The notes: generated from the sequence alone by a model not told the origin. Counted from the first letter of the stretch, positions 31,753 through 44,901 are shown. The stretch is DNA of 64,000 bases from Dehalococcoidia bacterium (GCA_964291495.2 OZ219874.1:47440-111439); one strand, 5' to 3'. Made by a program: numbers and translations.

Positions 31753-32196
31753 ATGGAACTCCTGGGCGTCGGAGTTGCCGAGGCGTTCGTGGTCCTCGTG
31801 ATCTCGCTGATCGTCGTCGGCCCGCAGCGCTTCCCCGAGATCGCTCGCCAGGGCGGGCGCTACTTCCGCATGGCCCGGCGCTACGCCGCCGAGGTCACCG
31901 CCGACGTGCGCGGCGCGATGAAGGAGCTTGAGGCCGAGGTCGAGGAGCAGCGGGAGGAACTGCTGGCCGCCCAGGAGGACATCTCGACGGGCATCAGCAC
32001 CTCGATCGAGGAGACCCGCAGCGACCTCCGCGACATCGGGCGCGAGACGCAAGAAGCGTTGCGGGACGCGCCGACGGCGCAGGCAGAGGCGGAGAGCGAG
32101 CCGGACCCGTCCGGCAACGGGGCGTCGCCGCCCGCAGCGGCAAGCGGGTTGCTGACGCCTCGCGAGCTGCCTGCCGGCGACGGCGAGAGCGACTAG
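31753..32196 (+). CDS. Twin-arginine translocase TatA/TatB-family protein
   Basis: MELLGVGVAEAFVVLVISLIVVGPQRFPEIARQGGRYFR, then an amphipathic/acidic tail. 147 aa (TatB-like length). Confidence 0.7.
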   Translation: MELLGVGVAEAFVVLVISLIVVGPQRFPEIARQGGRYFRMARRYAAEVTADVRGAMKELEAEVEEQREELLAAQEDISTGISTSIEETRSDLRDIGRETQEALRDAPTAQAEAESEPDPSGNGASPPAAASGLLTPRELPAGDGESD

Positions 32197-32202
32197 CCGG
32201 CC

Positions 32203-33012
32203 GTGACCAGCGCTCCGACCGACGAGCACATCCCACCTGACCCGGACGCCGAGGAGGATCTCGACGCCGAAGAGGAGGGGCGCGAGGGCGGAGAGATGAC
32301 CCTGCTGGGTCACCTCCTGGAGCTGCGCACCCGCGTCACCTGGATGGCAGGCGCGGTCATTGTCGGCATGTGCATCTTCTTCCCGCCGCCCGTCAACTTC
32401 GCGATCTGGGAGTTCCTGCTCGAACCGGCGCGGGCGCGCGTCGAGAACTTCGAGGCGCAGGCGATCGAGCCGCTGGAGAACCTCGGCGTCTACTTCCGCA
32501 TCGCCCTCGCCTGCGGCCTCGCCGTGGCGATGCCGATGCTCGTCTACCAGACCATGCGCTTCGTGGCCCCGGCGCTCACGAAGCAGGAGAAGCGCTGGAT
32601 CTACCCGATCGCCCTCGGCGCCTCGTTCGCCTTCCTCGCGGGCATGGCCTTCGCCTACTTCGTCGTGCTGCCGGCCGCCTACGGCTTCCTCTTCCAGTTC
32701 GGGAGCGACCTCGCGTCCGCGAACCCGCGGATCAGCAGCTACATGGACCTCACGCTGCGGCTGATCGTGATCCTCGGCTTCGTGTTCGAGATGCCGATTC
32801 TGATCATGGGTCTCGCGCGGATCCGAGTCGTGCACTGGCGCAAGCTGCTCGGCTGGTGGCGCATCGCGATCATCGGCGCGTTCGTCGTCTCGGCGATCGC
32901 GACGCCGACGATCGACCCGGTGACGCAATCGCTGGTGGCGGGGCCGATGATCGTCCTCTACATGCTCGGCATCGGCCTCGCCTGGATCGTACGCCCCAGG
33001 GCCGAGGAATAG
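32203..33012 (+). CDS. tatC: Twin-arginine translocase subunit TatC
   Basis: MTLLGHLLELRTRV.., six TM segments, ..FVFEMPILIMGLARIRVV.. Confidence 0.85.
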   Translation: MTSAPTDEHIPPDPDAEEDLDAEEEGREGGEMTLLGHLLELRTRVTWMAGAVIVGMCIFFPPPVNFAIWEFLLEPARARVENFEAQAIEPLENLGVYFRIALACGLAVAMPMLVYQTMRFVAPALTKQEKRWIYPIALGASFAFLAGMAFAYFVVLPAAYGFLFQFGSDLASANPRISSYMDLTLRLIVILGFVFEMPILIMGLARIRVVHWRKLLGWWRIAIIGAFVVSAIATPTIDPVTQSLVAGPMIVLYMLGIGLAWIVRPRAEE

Positions 33013-33072
33013 CCGCGCCGCGCGCCAGACCGATCAGCTGCATATGCAGCGCTACCGTTTCCACCGGCGTGC

Positions 33073-33078
33073 TACGAT
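33073..33078 (+). promoter_or_regulatory. -10-like hexamer TACGAT, 9 nt before ATG
   Basis: tacgat-aggccgcag-ATG(33088). Confidence 0.35.
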
Positions 33079-33087
33079 AGGCCGCAG

Positions 33088-33780
33088 ATGAGCGACGCCA
33101 CCGGCAGTCCGTCCCGAGCGGCCAGCCCCGCCCTGCTCGCCCTCTACGAGGAGATCGCAGACTGCCCGGCCTGCGAGCTGGCCCGCAACCGCACGCAGAC
33201 CGTGCCCGGCGTCGGCCCCGCCCCCGCCGAGGTGATGTGCATCGGCGAGGCGCCCGGGGCACGCGAGGACGAACAGGGCCTCCCCTTCGTCGGGCCGGCC
33301 GGCCGCTTCCTCGATCAGTTGCTCGGCGGCGTCGGGCTCTCGCGGGAGACGGTGCACATCGCCAACGTCGTGAAGTGTCGCCCGCCGGGCAATCGCGATC
33401 CGCTGCCCGAGGAGATCGCGGCCTGCAACCCGTTCCTCGAGCGCCAGATCGCGATCGTCGACCCGCTGCTGATCGTGACACTCGGACGCTTCTCGATGTC
33501 CCGCTGGTTCCCGGGCGCCTCGATCAGCCGCATCCACGGCCGCCCCAAGCGCTTCGGCGGGCGCACCGTGCTGCCGATGTACCACCCGGCCGCCGCGCTG
33601 CATCGCGGCGACCTGCGGCCGGTGATCGAAGCTGACTTCGCCCTCATACCCGAGCTGCTCGAGCAGGCGCGCAACGAGGGCGCGCGCGAGCCCGGCGCAG
33701 CCACGGAGCCGTCCACGCCCTTCGCACCCGTCGCCGCGGCCGCTGCCCCTCCGTCCGCGGAACAGCGCTCGCTGCTGTGA
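33088..33780 (+). CDS. Uracil-DNA glycosylase, family 4
   Basis: [67 protein letters not shown]. Confidence 0.85.
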   Translation: MSDATGSPSRAASPALLALYEEIADCPACELARNRTQTVPGVGPAPAEVMCIGEAPGAREDEQGLPFVGPAGRFLDQLLGGVGLSRETVHIANVVKCRPPGNRDPLPEEIAACNPFLERQIAIVDPLLIVTLGRFSMSRWFPGASISRIHGRPKRFGGRTVLPMYHPAAALHRGDLRPVIEADFALIPELLEQARNEGAREPGAATEPSTPFAPVAAAAAPPSAEQRSLL

Positions 33781-35510
33781 GCGCGCGCAACGGGGCGACC
33801 CTGCGGGTCATCCCCCTCGGCGGACTCGGCGAGATCGGCCGCAACATGATGCTCTACGAGCAGGGCGACGACGTGATCGCCGTCGATGTCGGGCTGATGT
33901 TCCCCGAGGAGCACATGCCCGGCGTCGACCTCGTGATCCCGGACCTGCGCTACCTGCTGCGCAACCCCGAGCGGCTGCGCGCCGTCTTCCTCACGCACGG
34001 CCACGAGGACCACATCGGCGCGCTGCCCTTCCTGATGCGCGCGCTGCGCGACCACGGCGAGCCGCTGCCGCCCGTCTTCTGCACCCAGCTCACGCGCGGC
34101 CTCGTGCAGGTCAAGCTGCGCGAGCACGGTCTGCTCGACGAGACGCACGTCCAGGTCATCGAGCCGGGACAGACGATCGAGGCCGGCTCGTTCTCCGTCG
34201 AGCCCTTCGCCGTCTCCCACTCCATCCCCGACTCCGTGGGGTTCATCATCCACACCCCGCTCGGCCCGGTCGTGCACACCGGCGACTTCAAGATCGACCA
34301 CACGCCGGTCATGGGGCAGCACACCGACCTCACGCGCCTCGCCGAGGTCGGCCGCGAGGGCGTCGTGTTGCTCGCGGCGGACTCGACCTACGCGGAGATC
34401 GAGGGGCACACGCCCTCCGAGCAGACGGTCGCCGACGCGCTCGATCGCGTGATCGGGGAGGCGCCGGGGCGGGTCATCGTCGCGACCTTCGCCTCGCTGA
34501 TCTCGCGCGTGCAGATGGTGATCGACGCCGCCGAGCGCTACGACCTGCGCGTCTTCGTCACGGGACGCTCGATGGTCAACAACGTGCAGATGGCGCGTGA
34601 GCTCGGCTACCTCGACGTGCCCGACGGCATCCTGATGAACGTGCGCGAGATGCAGGAGCACCCGGACTCGCGCACCGTCGTGATCAGCACCGGCGCGCAG
34701 GGCGAGCCGACCGCAGCCCTCACCCGCATGGCGAACGGCGACCACCGGCACATCGCGATCACCGAGGGCGACACCGTCGTCCTCTCCTCGAACCCGATCC
34801 CCGGGAACGAGGCGCTCGTGGACCGCAACATCGACAACCTCTTCCGGGCCGGAGCGCGCGTGGTCTACAACCGCATCGCGCCCGTCCACGTGCGCGGCCA
34901 CGCGGCGCGCGAGGAGCTGAAGATCATCCACCGCCTCGTGCAGCCCAGGCACTTCGTGGGGATCCATGGCGAGCACCGTCACCTGGTGATGCACCGCGAC
35001 CTCGCCGTCGACCTCGGGATCGACGAGGACGACGCCTTCGTCCTCAGCGACGGCGACGTGCTGGAGATCAGCGAGGACGGCGCCGCGATCGCCGACGTGG
35101 TGGCGGCCGATTATGTCTACGTGGACGGCATCGGCATCGGCGACATCGACCACATCGTGCTGCGCGACCGGCGCCGGCTCGCCTCGGACGGGATGTGCGT
35201 GGTCGTCGTCGCCGTCGACCGCCGGCGCGGCGAGCTCGTCGGCGTCCCGCAGGTGCTGCTGCACGGCTTCGTGGGCCCCGAGGAGGAGGAACTGATCACC
35301 GAGCGCGTCTGCCAACTGGTCGCCAACCTCGCCGGCGGCGAGGGGGGGCGTTTCGACTGGACGGACTGGCGTGAGACACTGGAGGACGAGGTGGCTCGCC
35401 TCCTCTATCGCGAGACGCACCGGCGGCCCGTCGTGCTGCCGGTGACCGTGGATGCGCCCTCCGGTGAACGGAACGGCGCACTGCAACGGAGCGCAGCGAC
35501 GGAGGAGTGA
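33777..35510 (+). CDS. rnj: Ribonuclease J
   Basis: LRVIPLGGLGEIGRNMMLYE..VFLTHGHEDHIGALPFL..HTGDFKIDHTP..HVRGHAAREELK. Confidence 0.9.
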   Translation: MSARNGATLRVIPLGGLGEIGRNMMLYEQGDDVIAVDVGLMFPEEHMPGVDLVIPDLRYLLRNPERLRAVFLTHGHEDHIGALPFLMRALRDHGEPLPPVFCTQLTRGLVQVKLREHGLLDETHVQVIEPGQTIEAGSFSVEPFAVSHSIPDSVGFIIHTPLGPVVHTGDFKIDHTPVMGQHTDLTRLAEVGREGVVLLAADSTYAEIEGHTPSEQTVADALDRVIGEAPGRVIVATFASLISRVQMVIDAAERYDLRVFVTGRSMVNNVQMARELGYLDVPDGILMNVREMQEHPDSRTVVISTGAQGEPTAALTRMANGDHRHIAITEGDTVVLSSNPIPGNEALVDRNIDNLFRAGARVVYNRIAPVHVRGHAAREELKIIHRLVQPRHFVGIHGEHRHLVMHRDLAVDLGIDEDDAFVLSDGDVLEISEDGAAIADVVAADYVYVDGIGIGDIDHIVLRDRRRLASDGMCVVVVAVDRRRGELVGVPQVLLHGFVGPEEEELITERVCQLVANLAGGEGGRFDWTDWRETLEDEVARLLYRETHRRPVVLPVTVDAPSGERNGALQRSAATEE

Positions 35511-35573
35511 GCAGAGCCCTCGAACCGGCCCGCTTGCTTGGCGGGGGGGCGGTCCGGTTGAAGGAGCGGAGCG

Positions 35574-38012
35574 ATGGCCCGAACGAATACCCGCCGCCCG
35601 GCTAGCCGCGGCACGCAGCGCGCGACCTCGCGATCGATGGTGCGGCGCGTCCTGCGCCCCGAGATCGTCGGCACCGCCCTCGTCGTGCTGGCGGTCGCGC
35701 TGCTGCCCTTCCTGTTCCCGCTCACGAGCGTCGTGGCCGAGGCTCGCGACGGGCTGGTGGGCGCGCTCGGGCTGCACGTATTCACCCTCGTCGTGCTGGC
35801 GCTGACGATCGGGCTGCTGCTCGCGCTGCGCCAGGGCAGACGGCTGCGCGGCCGAGGGCGACACATCGCCGGCGCGGTCCTGATGCTGGCGTTCAGCGCC
35901 GGACTGCTCGGCCTCTGGACACCCGACGTGATTGTCGGCGAGGTGGACCTGGGCGCGAGCTCGGCCGGTGGCAGCGCCGGTCGCGCGCTGGCGGGCGGTG
36001 GGCTCGCGACGATCGCCTGGCTCGCGACGTTCCCGATCGGCTTCACGCTGCTCTGGCCGCGCACGTCCTGGCAGCTGCTGCGCAGCACCCCGCGTGCCCT
36101 CGGCCTTACGCTGGCCTGGCTCTGGCGCCACGTCGCGCGGCCCGCCGGGCACGGCATTGCGGCGCGCGTCCGCGCCTACCGCGCGCGCCGCAAGAGCCCC
36201 GAGGCGGCGCGGGACCCATACGCCGACCTCCGCGCCGACTTGCCGATCGGGCCGGGCCTGCCCACCCGCCTCGAGAACCAGCCGGCCGGCAACGGCGCGG
36301 CCTCGGAAGCCGAGAGCCGGAGCGAAGCCGCCGCCGCGACGGAGGTCGCGGAGCCGCCGCCCCCGAAGCAGATCGAGATGGACCTCGAGCACGACGTCAG
36401 CACCTGGCGGCACTCGAGTGACGGCTGGCAGCTGCCGCCGATCGAGCTGCTGGCCGAGGCGGAGCCGCTCGCGCCGGAGCTGGGCGACCAGCAACGGCGC
36501 GCCGAGCTGATTGTCGAGACGCTCGCCTCGTTCGGCGTCGAGGCGCGGGTCAGCCAGATCAGCGAGGGCCCGACCGTCACCCAGTTCGGCGTCGAGCCGG
36601 GCTGGGACGTGCGCACCCGCACCGTGCAGGAACGCACGCCCGAGGGCGATCCCGTCCTCGACGAAGAGGGCCAGCCTCGCACAAAGCAGATCGAGGTCTC
36701 GCGGACGCGCGTGCGCGTTAACCGCATCACGGCGCTGCAGAACGACCTCGCGCTGGCCCTCGCGGCGCCAGCGCTGCGCATCGAGGCGCCCGTACCGGGG
36801 CGCTCCGTCGTCGGCATCGAGGTGCCGAACGCCAGCTCCGCCGTCGTGACGCTGCGCAGCGTGCTGGAGTCGCGTGAGTTCGCGAAGACGGCGGGCAAGT
36901 CGCCGCTGCCGATCGCGCTCGGCTCCGGAGTGTCGGGCACGCCGGTCGTCGCCGACCTCGCCGCGATGCCGCACCTGCTGATCGCGGGTGCGACCGGATC
37001 GGGCAAGTCGGTCTGCCTCAACTCGATCATCGCCTGCCTGCTGATGAACTTCTCGCCCGAGCAGCTGCGCTTCGTGCTGATCGACCCGAAGCGCGTCGAG
37101 CTCGCCCCCTTCGCCGACGTGCCGCACCTCGCCTTCAGCGAGATCGTGATCGACATGGACAAGGTGGTGGGCACGCTGCAGGCGGTCATCCACGAGATGG
37201 AGTCGCGCTACCGCCGCTTCGCGAACGTCGGCGTGCGCAACATCGAGCGCTACAACGAGCAGGCCGGCAGCGGCCGTCTCCCCTACTGGGTCGTGGTGAT
37301 CGACGAGCTGGCCGACCTGATGCTGGCCGCGCCCTACCAGGTGGAGCACCAGCTGGTGCGCCTCGCGCAGCTCGCGAGGGCGACCGGCATCCACCTCGTG
37401 GTCGCGACGCAGCGGCCCTCGGTGGACGTGGTGACGGGGCTGATCAAGGCGAACTTCCCGACGCGGATCGCCTTCGCTGTCTCCTCGCAGGTTGACTCGC
37501 GCACCATCCTCGACGGCGGCGGGGCCGAGAAGCTGCTCGGCAAGGGCGACATGCTCTTCCAGCCCAAGGACCAGGGCAAGCCGACCCGCCTGCAGGGCGT
37601 TTTCGTCTCCGACGGCGAGATCGAGGAGCTGACGAGCTTCTGGACGGACGATCGCTTCGAGAACCTGCGCCCCGTCAGCTTCGACGAGCTGATCGACGAA
37701 GCCGCCGAGGACGCGGCCGCCCTCGAGACGGGAGGGGCGGCCGGGAGCGCCTCCTCCGAGGTCGACCCGATGATCACGAAGGCCCTCGAGCTGGCGCGCG
37801 AGCACGACCACATCTCGACCTCGCTGCTGCAGCGCCGCCTGCGCATCGGTTACCCGCGCGCCGCGCGCGTCATGGACGAGCTGGAGGGCCAGGGCATCGT
37901 CGGCGCGCCCGAGGGCGGCAGCGGCTCCCGCCCTGTCCTCCTCGACTCGGCCGACGGCGAGCTCGATGAGTCGGCTTCGGCCCCGGTCGCGCCGGTGGTG
38001 GAGCGGGAGTAG
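35574..38012 (+). CDS. ftsK: DNA translocase FtsK/SpoIIIE
   Basis: N-terminal TM segments, a linker, then HLLIAGATGSGKSVCLNSII..VVVIDELADLM..HLVVATQRPSVDVVTG.. and a gamma-domain-like C-terminus ISTSLLQRRLRIGYPRAARVMDELE. Confidence 0.9.
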   Translation: MARTNTRRPASRGTQRATSRSMVRRVLRPEIVGTALVVLAVALLPFLFPLTSVVAEARDGLVGALGLHVFTLVVLALTIGLLLALRQGRRLRGRGRHIAGAVLMLAFSAGLLGLWTPDVIVGEVDLGASSAGGSAGRALAGGGLATIAWLATFPIGFTLLWPRTSWQLLRSTPRALGLTLAWLWRHVARPAGHGIAARVRAYRARRKSPEAARDPYADLRADLPIGPGLPTRLENQPAGNGAASEAESRSEAAAATEVAEPPPPKQIEMDLEHDVSTWRHSSDGWQLPPIELLAEAEPLAPELGDQQRRAELIVETLASFGVEARVSQISEGPTVTQFGVEPGWDVRTRTVQERTPEGDPVLDEEGQPRTKQIEVSRTRVRVNRITALQNDLALALAAPALRIEAPVPGRSVVGIEVPNASSAVVTLRSVLESREFAKTAGKSPLPIALGSGVSGTPVVADLAAMPHLLIAGATGSGKSVCLNSIIACLLMNFSPEQLRFVLIDPKRVELAPFADVPHLAFSEIVIDMDKVVGTLQAVIHEMESRYRRFANVGVRNIERYNEQAGSGRLPYWVVVIDELADLMLAAPYQVEHQLVRLAQLARATGIHLVVATQRPSVDVVTGLIKANFPTRIAFAVSSQVDSRTILDGGGAEKLLGKGDMLFQPKDQGKPTRLQGVFVSDGEIEELTSFWTDDRFENLRPVSFDELIDEAAEDAAALETGGAAGSASSEVDPMITKALELAREHDHISTSLLQRRLRIGYPRAARVMDELEGQGIVGAPEGGSGSRPVLLDSADGELDESASAPVAPVVERE

Positions 38013-38015
38013 CCC

Positions 38016-40109
<2,094 letters not shown>

Positions 40110-40198
40110 TGTACGCCTCGCGGGCGGCGATCCCGCCTCGCGCCGCGCCGCGCTATGCTGCCGTGCGGCAGAACGCGGCGCGGCTGAGGAGGTGAACG

Positions 40199-40924
40199 AT
40201 GCGGCTCGAGGGCAAGGTCGCGATGGTCACGGGAGCGGCCTCGGGCATCGGGCGGGCGACGTCGCTGACGCTGGCCCGCGAGGGCGCGGCGGTGATGTGC
40301 GCCGACGTCAACACCGAGGGCGCGCAGGAGACCGCGGACGCGATCGCCGCCGCCGGCGGTACGGCGGCGATCTTCGAGCTGGACGTCACCGACGAGGAGG
40401 CCGTGCAGGCCGCCCTCGCGGCCACGGTCGAGCAGCTCGGCGCGCTGCACATCCTGGTCAACGACGCCGGCATCAGCGGCCGTACGCACGACTACCACAA
40501 CGTGATCGACGTGAACCTCAACGGCGTCTACTACTGCATGAAGTACGGTGCGGCGCTGATCGAGCAGCACGGCGGCGGCTCGATCGTCAGTCTCTCCTCG
40601 ATCATGGGCCTCGTCGGCGGATCGGCGCCTGGCTACACCGCCTCGAAGCACGGCGTGCTCGGCCTCACGCGCAACTACGCGCTGATGTACGGAGGCCGCG
40701 GCGTGCGCGTGAACTGCGTCAACCCCGGCTACATCGAGACGCCGATGACGGCGCAGATGCTCGAGGACGTGCAGCGCCGCGAGGACGCGGTCGGCCTGCA
40801 CCCGATCGGCCGCCTCGGAAAGGCCGAGGACGTGGCGAACGCGATCCTCTTCCTCGCCAGCGACGACGCCTCGTTCGTCACGGGTGTCGCGCTGCCCGTG
40901 GACGGCGGCTACACGGCGCAGTAG
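40199..40924 (+). CDS. SDR-family oxidoreductase
   Basis: [61 protein letters not shown]. Confidence 0.8.
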   Translation: MRLEGKVAMVTGAASGIGRATSLTLAREGAAVMCADVNTEGAQETADAIAAAGGTAAIFELDVTDEEAVQAALAATVEQLGALHILVNDAGISGRTHDYHNVIDVNLNGVYYCMKYGAALIEQHGGGSIVSLSSIMGLVGGSAPGYTASKHGVLGLTRNYALMYGGRGVRVNCVNPGYIETPMTAQMLEDVQRREDAVGLHPIGRLGKAEDVANAILFLASDDASFVTGVALPVDGGYTAQ

Positions 40925-40960
40925 GCGCGGCCCGCCGAGGGCTCGCAGGGTCCGGCCGGC

Positions 40961-41746
40961 TCAGTCCTCGCCGAACCAGAAGCGGCGCATGTTCGCGCCC
41001 GCGATCGCCTCGATCGCGTCGTCCGGGACCGGCAGCTTGCCGTCGAGCAGCAGGTTGAGGTCGGCCACGTACTCATCGAGGTCGCCGGAGGCCGGGTAGT
41101 TCGAGCCCCAGACGATGCGCTCCGCGCCGAACGCTTCCAAGGCCTGCGCGATCACGGGGTAGACCGGCTCGTGCGGGTAGGGCGCGTAGCGCCTCGGGAA
41201 CGAGAGCTGGAACCAGACGCCCGGGTGGCGCGCCAGCTCCCAGACCGGCCGCTGGGGCGCGAAGTCGGGCGCGTCCTGCAGGCGCGGCGTCGCGAGGTGC
41301 GAGAGCATCACGCGCGTCCCCGGGTGGCGGGCGATCGCCGCCTCGATGTATGGGACCCAGTCCACCGGTGCGTGATGCGGCATCGCCTGGATGATGAGAC
41401 CGAGGTGCGCCGCCGCCATCAGCAGCTCCGGTCGCTCGAAGATCATCTCCGAGGTCAGTCGCACGCCCTTGAAGTCGCCCTCCGCGGCGATCTCCTCGAG
41501 CTGATCGCGTGCCCGCGGATCGCGGTGGTTGACGAGGCAGACGGCGGCGACCCTGTCCCGGTCCTCGCGGATGACTCCGGCGAGGTAGCCGTTGTCGTAC
41601 TCGCCCATGTGCTGAACGATCGTCACCCGCGTCACGCCCGCCCGGTCGAGCGTGTCGCGCAGCGTCTCGTACGGGTAGTACTTGCTCAGCCCGCAGTGCG
41701 TGTAGGCGTCGTTGACCTCGAAGGGGTGTACGGGCGGCGTGGTCAC
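40961..41746 (-). CDS. Amidohydrolase-2 family (TIM-barrel metal-dependent hydrolase)
   Basis: ..NDAYTHCGLSKY..IVQHMGEYDN..MLSHLATP..IVWGSNYPA.. This is an ACMSD-like family pattern. Confidence 0.65.
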   Translation of the reverse strand: MTTPPVHPFEVNDAYTHCGLSKYYPYETLRDTLDRAGVTRVTIVQHMGEYDNGYLAGVIREDRDRVAAVCLVNHRDPRARDQLEEIAAEGDFKGVRLTSEMIFERPELLMAAAHLGLIIQAMPHHAPVDWVPYIEAAIARHPGTRVMLSHLATPRLQDAPDFAPQRPVWELARHPGVWFQLSFPRRYAPYPHEPVYPVIAQALEAFGAERIVWGSNYPASGDLDEYVADLNLLLDGKLPVPDDAIEAIAGANMRRFWFGED

Positions 41747-41865
41747 GGCGCGGCCTCTCTCGATGCCGGGCCCGAAGGCCGGGGATCGGTTACAGCCCGA
41801 GTCTAGCGAACCGCGCGGCCCTGCGGCCCGCGGCGGGCGGGGCTAGAGTGGCCGCTGGAGGCGGC

Positions 41866-43191
41866 ATGGTCGCGAGGCTGTTCCCAAGCGTCTACGAGGG
41901 CTGGATCGTCGTCGGCGCCTCGACGACGATGCTGTTTATCCTCTCCGCCTCCGTCTTCTGGGGCCTCGGCCCGATCTTCAACCCGATCCTCGACGAGTTC
42001 GGCTGGAGCCACGGCGCCACCGCGTTCGCCTTCGCCGTCCGTTCCGAGGTCAACGGGGCGGCCGCCCCGTTCGTCGGGGCGCTGATCGACCGCATCGGCT
42101 CGCGGATGATGCTGATCGCCGGGCTCGTCCTCGCCTCGTGCTGCCTCTTCCTGCTCTCGTTCATGCAGAACATCGTGCACTTCTACGTGCTGATGCTGGT
42201 CATGGCTCTGGGCACGAGCACCTGCGGGGGACAGGCGACGATGGTCTCGACCGTGAGCTGGTTCGAGCGCAAGCGGGCGCGCGCGCTGGCGCTGGCGACG
42301 GCGGGCGGCACGCTCGGCGGGATTCTCGTTGTCGCCATCGCCTTCCTCGTCGAGTTGCTCGGCTGGCGGAGCGCGCTGCAGGTGATGGCGCTGTTCCTGC
42401 TCGTCGGCGGGCTCCTCGCGGGCTCGAACGTGCGCACGAGGCCGCAGGGCCACCGCCAGCCGCTTGATGGCATCCCGCGGGCCGCGGGCTCAGGACAACG
42501 CGCGGGCGATGACGACGACGAGCGCTGGGGTGTGCCGCTGCGCGAGGCGCTGCGCGCGCGGGCGTTCTGGCTGCTCGCCTTCGCGCAGTTCGCGATCTTC
42601 TTCGCGATCACGGCCATCGTCGTGCTGCACGTCCCCTTCATGGAGGACGACGTCGGGATCTCGAAGACGGCGGCTGGCGTGGGCTCGGCGTTTTTTGCTG
42701 TCGCCTCGCTGGTGGGGCGAATCATCTCCGGAGGCGCCGCCGACCGCTTCGACAAGCGAGTGGTGCTGGCGCTGGTGGTCCTGGTGGCAGGCGTTGCGAT
42801 GCCGCTCTTCGCGCTGGTCCAGAACCTCTGGCAGGCGAGCCTGGTCTTGATGGTCATCGCCGCCGGGGTCGGCGGCGCCAATCCGATCCGCACGGCGCTG
42901 CTGGCGGACTACTTCGGGACGCGCTCGTTCGGGGCGATCAACGGTGTTTCGATGGCGATCGGGACGCTCGGCGCGTTCCTCGGTCCGTGGCTGCTGGGGC
43001 TGAGCGTGGACGCGACGGGCGGCTACTCGACCGGCTTCCTGTTCACCGGCGTGGTCGCGCTGCTCTCGATTCCCTTCGTGCTGCGGACACAGGCGCCGAC
43101 GGAGCTGACCGCTCGCCACCGCCGCCGCCGCGCGGTGCGCGTCGTGCAACCGGGTCCGCCCCGCTCGCGGTCCGCCGAGCCGCCCAACTAG
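41866..43191 (+). CDS. MFS transporter
   Basis: ATG 41866 after GGAGG. About 12 predicted hydrophobic segments. ..GALIDRIGSRMM.. (MFS loop 2-3 motif). Confidence 0.75.
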   Translation: MVARLFPSVYEGWIVVGASTTMLFILSASVFWGLGPIFNPILDEFGWSHGATAFAFAVRSEVNGAAAPFVGALIDRIGSRMMLIAGLVLASCCLFLLSFMQNIVHFYVLMLVMALGTSTCGGQATMVSTVSWFERKRARALALATAGGTLGGILVVAIAFLVELLGWRSALQVMALFLLVGGLLAGSNVRTRPQGHRQPLDGIPRAAGSGQRAGDDDDERWGVPLREALRARAFWLLAFAQFAIFFAITAIVVLHVPFMEDDVGISKTAAGVGSAFFAVASLVGRIISGGAADRFDKRVVLALVVLVAGVAMPLFALVQNLWQASLVLMVIAAGVGGANPIRTALLADYFGTRSFGAINGVSMAIGTLGAFLGPWLLGLSVDATGGYSTGFLFTGVVALLSIPFVLRTQAPTELTARHRRRRAVRVVQPGPPRSRSAEPPN

Positions 43192-44507
43192 TCGAGCCTG
43201 CGCAGCCGCGGCAGGAACGCGATCATCGCGAGTGTCAGGACGACGAGCACGGCCGAGACGGTGCCGAACGCCCATTGCCCTCCGACCTGCTCGGCGAAGA
43301 GGCCGAACAGCACCGCTCCGAAGGACATGATCCCGAACTCAGTCATGTAGAGCGACATCACGCGGCCGCGGTACTCGTCGAGCGAGTAGTGCTGCAGCAG
43401 TACGTTGCCCAGCGCCTGCCGCCCCGCGCTGCCGATGCCGACGAACAGCATGAAGAAGCCGCTCAGCCAGATCAGCCTCGTCGAGGCGAACCCGATCAGC
43501 GCGACGCCGACGAACAGGGAGCTCAGCAGCAGGAGCAGCCCGCGGCGCCTCGCGGGCAGCGAGGCGAGCACGAGCGAGCCGGCGAGCGATCCCACCGCGC
43601 TCACGGCGATCAGCAGCCCGAGCTCGATCGCGCCGCCGCCGAGCACGTCGCGCACGAAGCCGGGGAGCATGATCTGGTACGGCAGCGCCAGCAGCGCGCC
43701 GACCATGCCGGCGAGGAGGAGCAGGGCGAGCGTCCGTTCGGCGATGACGTAGCGCACGCCATCGACGAGGTCGGCGTACCCGCTGGTGCGGCGAGAGCGG
43801 GCCGCGGGCTCGTGCTGGAGCCGCACGCGGCCGAGCGTGACGACGGCGAACCCGTACATGGCGGCCATCAGGAAGTAGACCCACTCGGCGCCGATGAAGT
43901 GGATCATGAACCCGCCCAGCGCCGGGGCGGCGAGCCGCATCAGGTTCGACGCGGCGGCGCTCAGCGAGACGGCGTTCATCAGCCGCCCCATGCCGACGAC
44001 CTCCGGCAGGATCGCCTGCCTCGAGGGCATCATCAGCGAGAGCGCGATGCCGTGCGCCACGCCCGCGATCATCAGGTGCGCGAACTGGAGCAGGTCGAAC
44101 AGCAGCAACAGGCCGACGATGACGGCGGTCACGGCGTTGGCGAGCTGCCCCACCTGCAGCACCAGCTTCTTCGGCGCCCGGTCGGCGAGCACCCCGCCGA
44201 ATACCGAGAGCAGCAACATCGGCGCGGCGCTCCCGAGGGAGATCACGCCGAGCGCGGCGAAGCTCCCCGTGAGATCGAACGCCAGGTAGCCGCGCGCGAG
44301 CATCTGCATGTTCATCGCGGCCATCTGGCCGAGCAGGGCGAGGTAGAACCAGCGGAAGTTGCGGTCCGAGAACGAGTCGAAGGTGCGGAGCTGCCGTCCG
44401 CCTCCAGAGGCACCGCCCTGCTCCGGCGGCCGGTCGGGCGGGCGGCCGGCCGCGCCCCGCGTCGGAGTGGCGGTCACGGCGCGAAACCGCTCGCGAGGGC
44501 GGGCCAA
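43188..44507 (-). CDS. MFS transporter
   Basis: ..FRWFYLALLGQMAAMNMQMLARGYL..GGVLADRAPKK.. with 12 hydrophobic segments. Start uncertain. Confidence 0.75.
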   Translation of the reverse strand: MARPRERFRAVTATPTRGAAGRPPDRPPEQGGASGGGRQLRTFDSFSDRNFRWFYLALLGQMAAMNMQMLARGYLAFDLTGSFAALGVISLGSAAPMLLLSVFGGVLADRAPKKLVLQVGQLANAVTAVIVGLLLLFDLLQFAHLMIAGVAHGIALSLMMPSRQAILPEVVGMGRLMNAVSLSAAASNLMRLAAPALGGFMIHFIGAEWVYFLMAAMYGFAVVTLGRVRLQHEPAARSRRTSGYADLVDGVRYVIAERTLALLLLAGMVGALLALPYQIMLPGFVRDVLGGGAIELGLLIAVSAVGSLAGSLVLASLPARRRGLLLLLSSLFVGVALIGFASTRLIWLSGFFMLFVGIGSAGRQALGNVLLQHYSLDEYRGRVMSLYMTEFGIMSFGAVLFGLFAEQVGGQWAFGTVSAVLVVLTLAMIAFLPRLRRLD

Positions 44508-44643
44508 GCTGCCGGTCTGCGGGAAGGCGGGATCATCTCCGCAGTCTAGGCGATGATCCTCGGGGTATGCCGCGCGAGGAACGGCGGGACGGCCTTGACG
44601 GGCTGTTCTCTATTGGCGAACATCTGGAGGATTCGCGTTTGGC

Positions 44644-44901
44644 ATGACAATCGAGTGGGGGAGCAAGGCGATTCGGGACATGCGCCGCCTGCCCGCCAGG
44701 GAGCGCGATCGCATCATCGCCAGGATCGAGCAGTACGCCGCGAACCCGGCGTCACTCGCGAGGCAGGTGGTCGCGCTGACCGGCGGTCCGTACAGGCGAC
44801 TGCGAGTTGGCGACTATCGCGTGATCTTCGATGTCGAGCGGGGCGACCCAGCGGTGCTGGCGGTAGTCAGGGTTCGGCACAGGAGACAGGCATATGACTA
44901 G
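44644..44901 (+). CDS. RelE/ParE-superfamily toxin
   Basis: 85 aa. ..AIRDMRRLPARERDRIIARIEQYA..YRRLRVGDYRVIFDVERGDP..VVRVRHRRQAY. Confidence 0.8.
   Translation: MTIEWGSKAIRDMRRLPARERDRIIARIEQYAANPASLARQVVALTGGPYRRLRVGDYRVIFDVERGDPAVLAVVRVRHRRQAYD

Noticed and set aside
33315-37811. 1498-aa minus-strand ORF, the longest in the track
   Set aside because: It is antisense to the clearly recognisable UDG, RNase J and FtsK genes. Its translation is Arg/Gly/Ala/Pro-rich with no recognisable domains. This is a typical high-GC shadow ORF.
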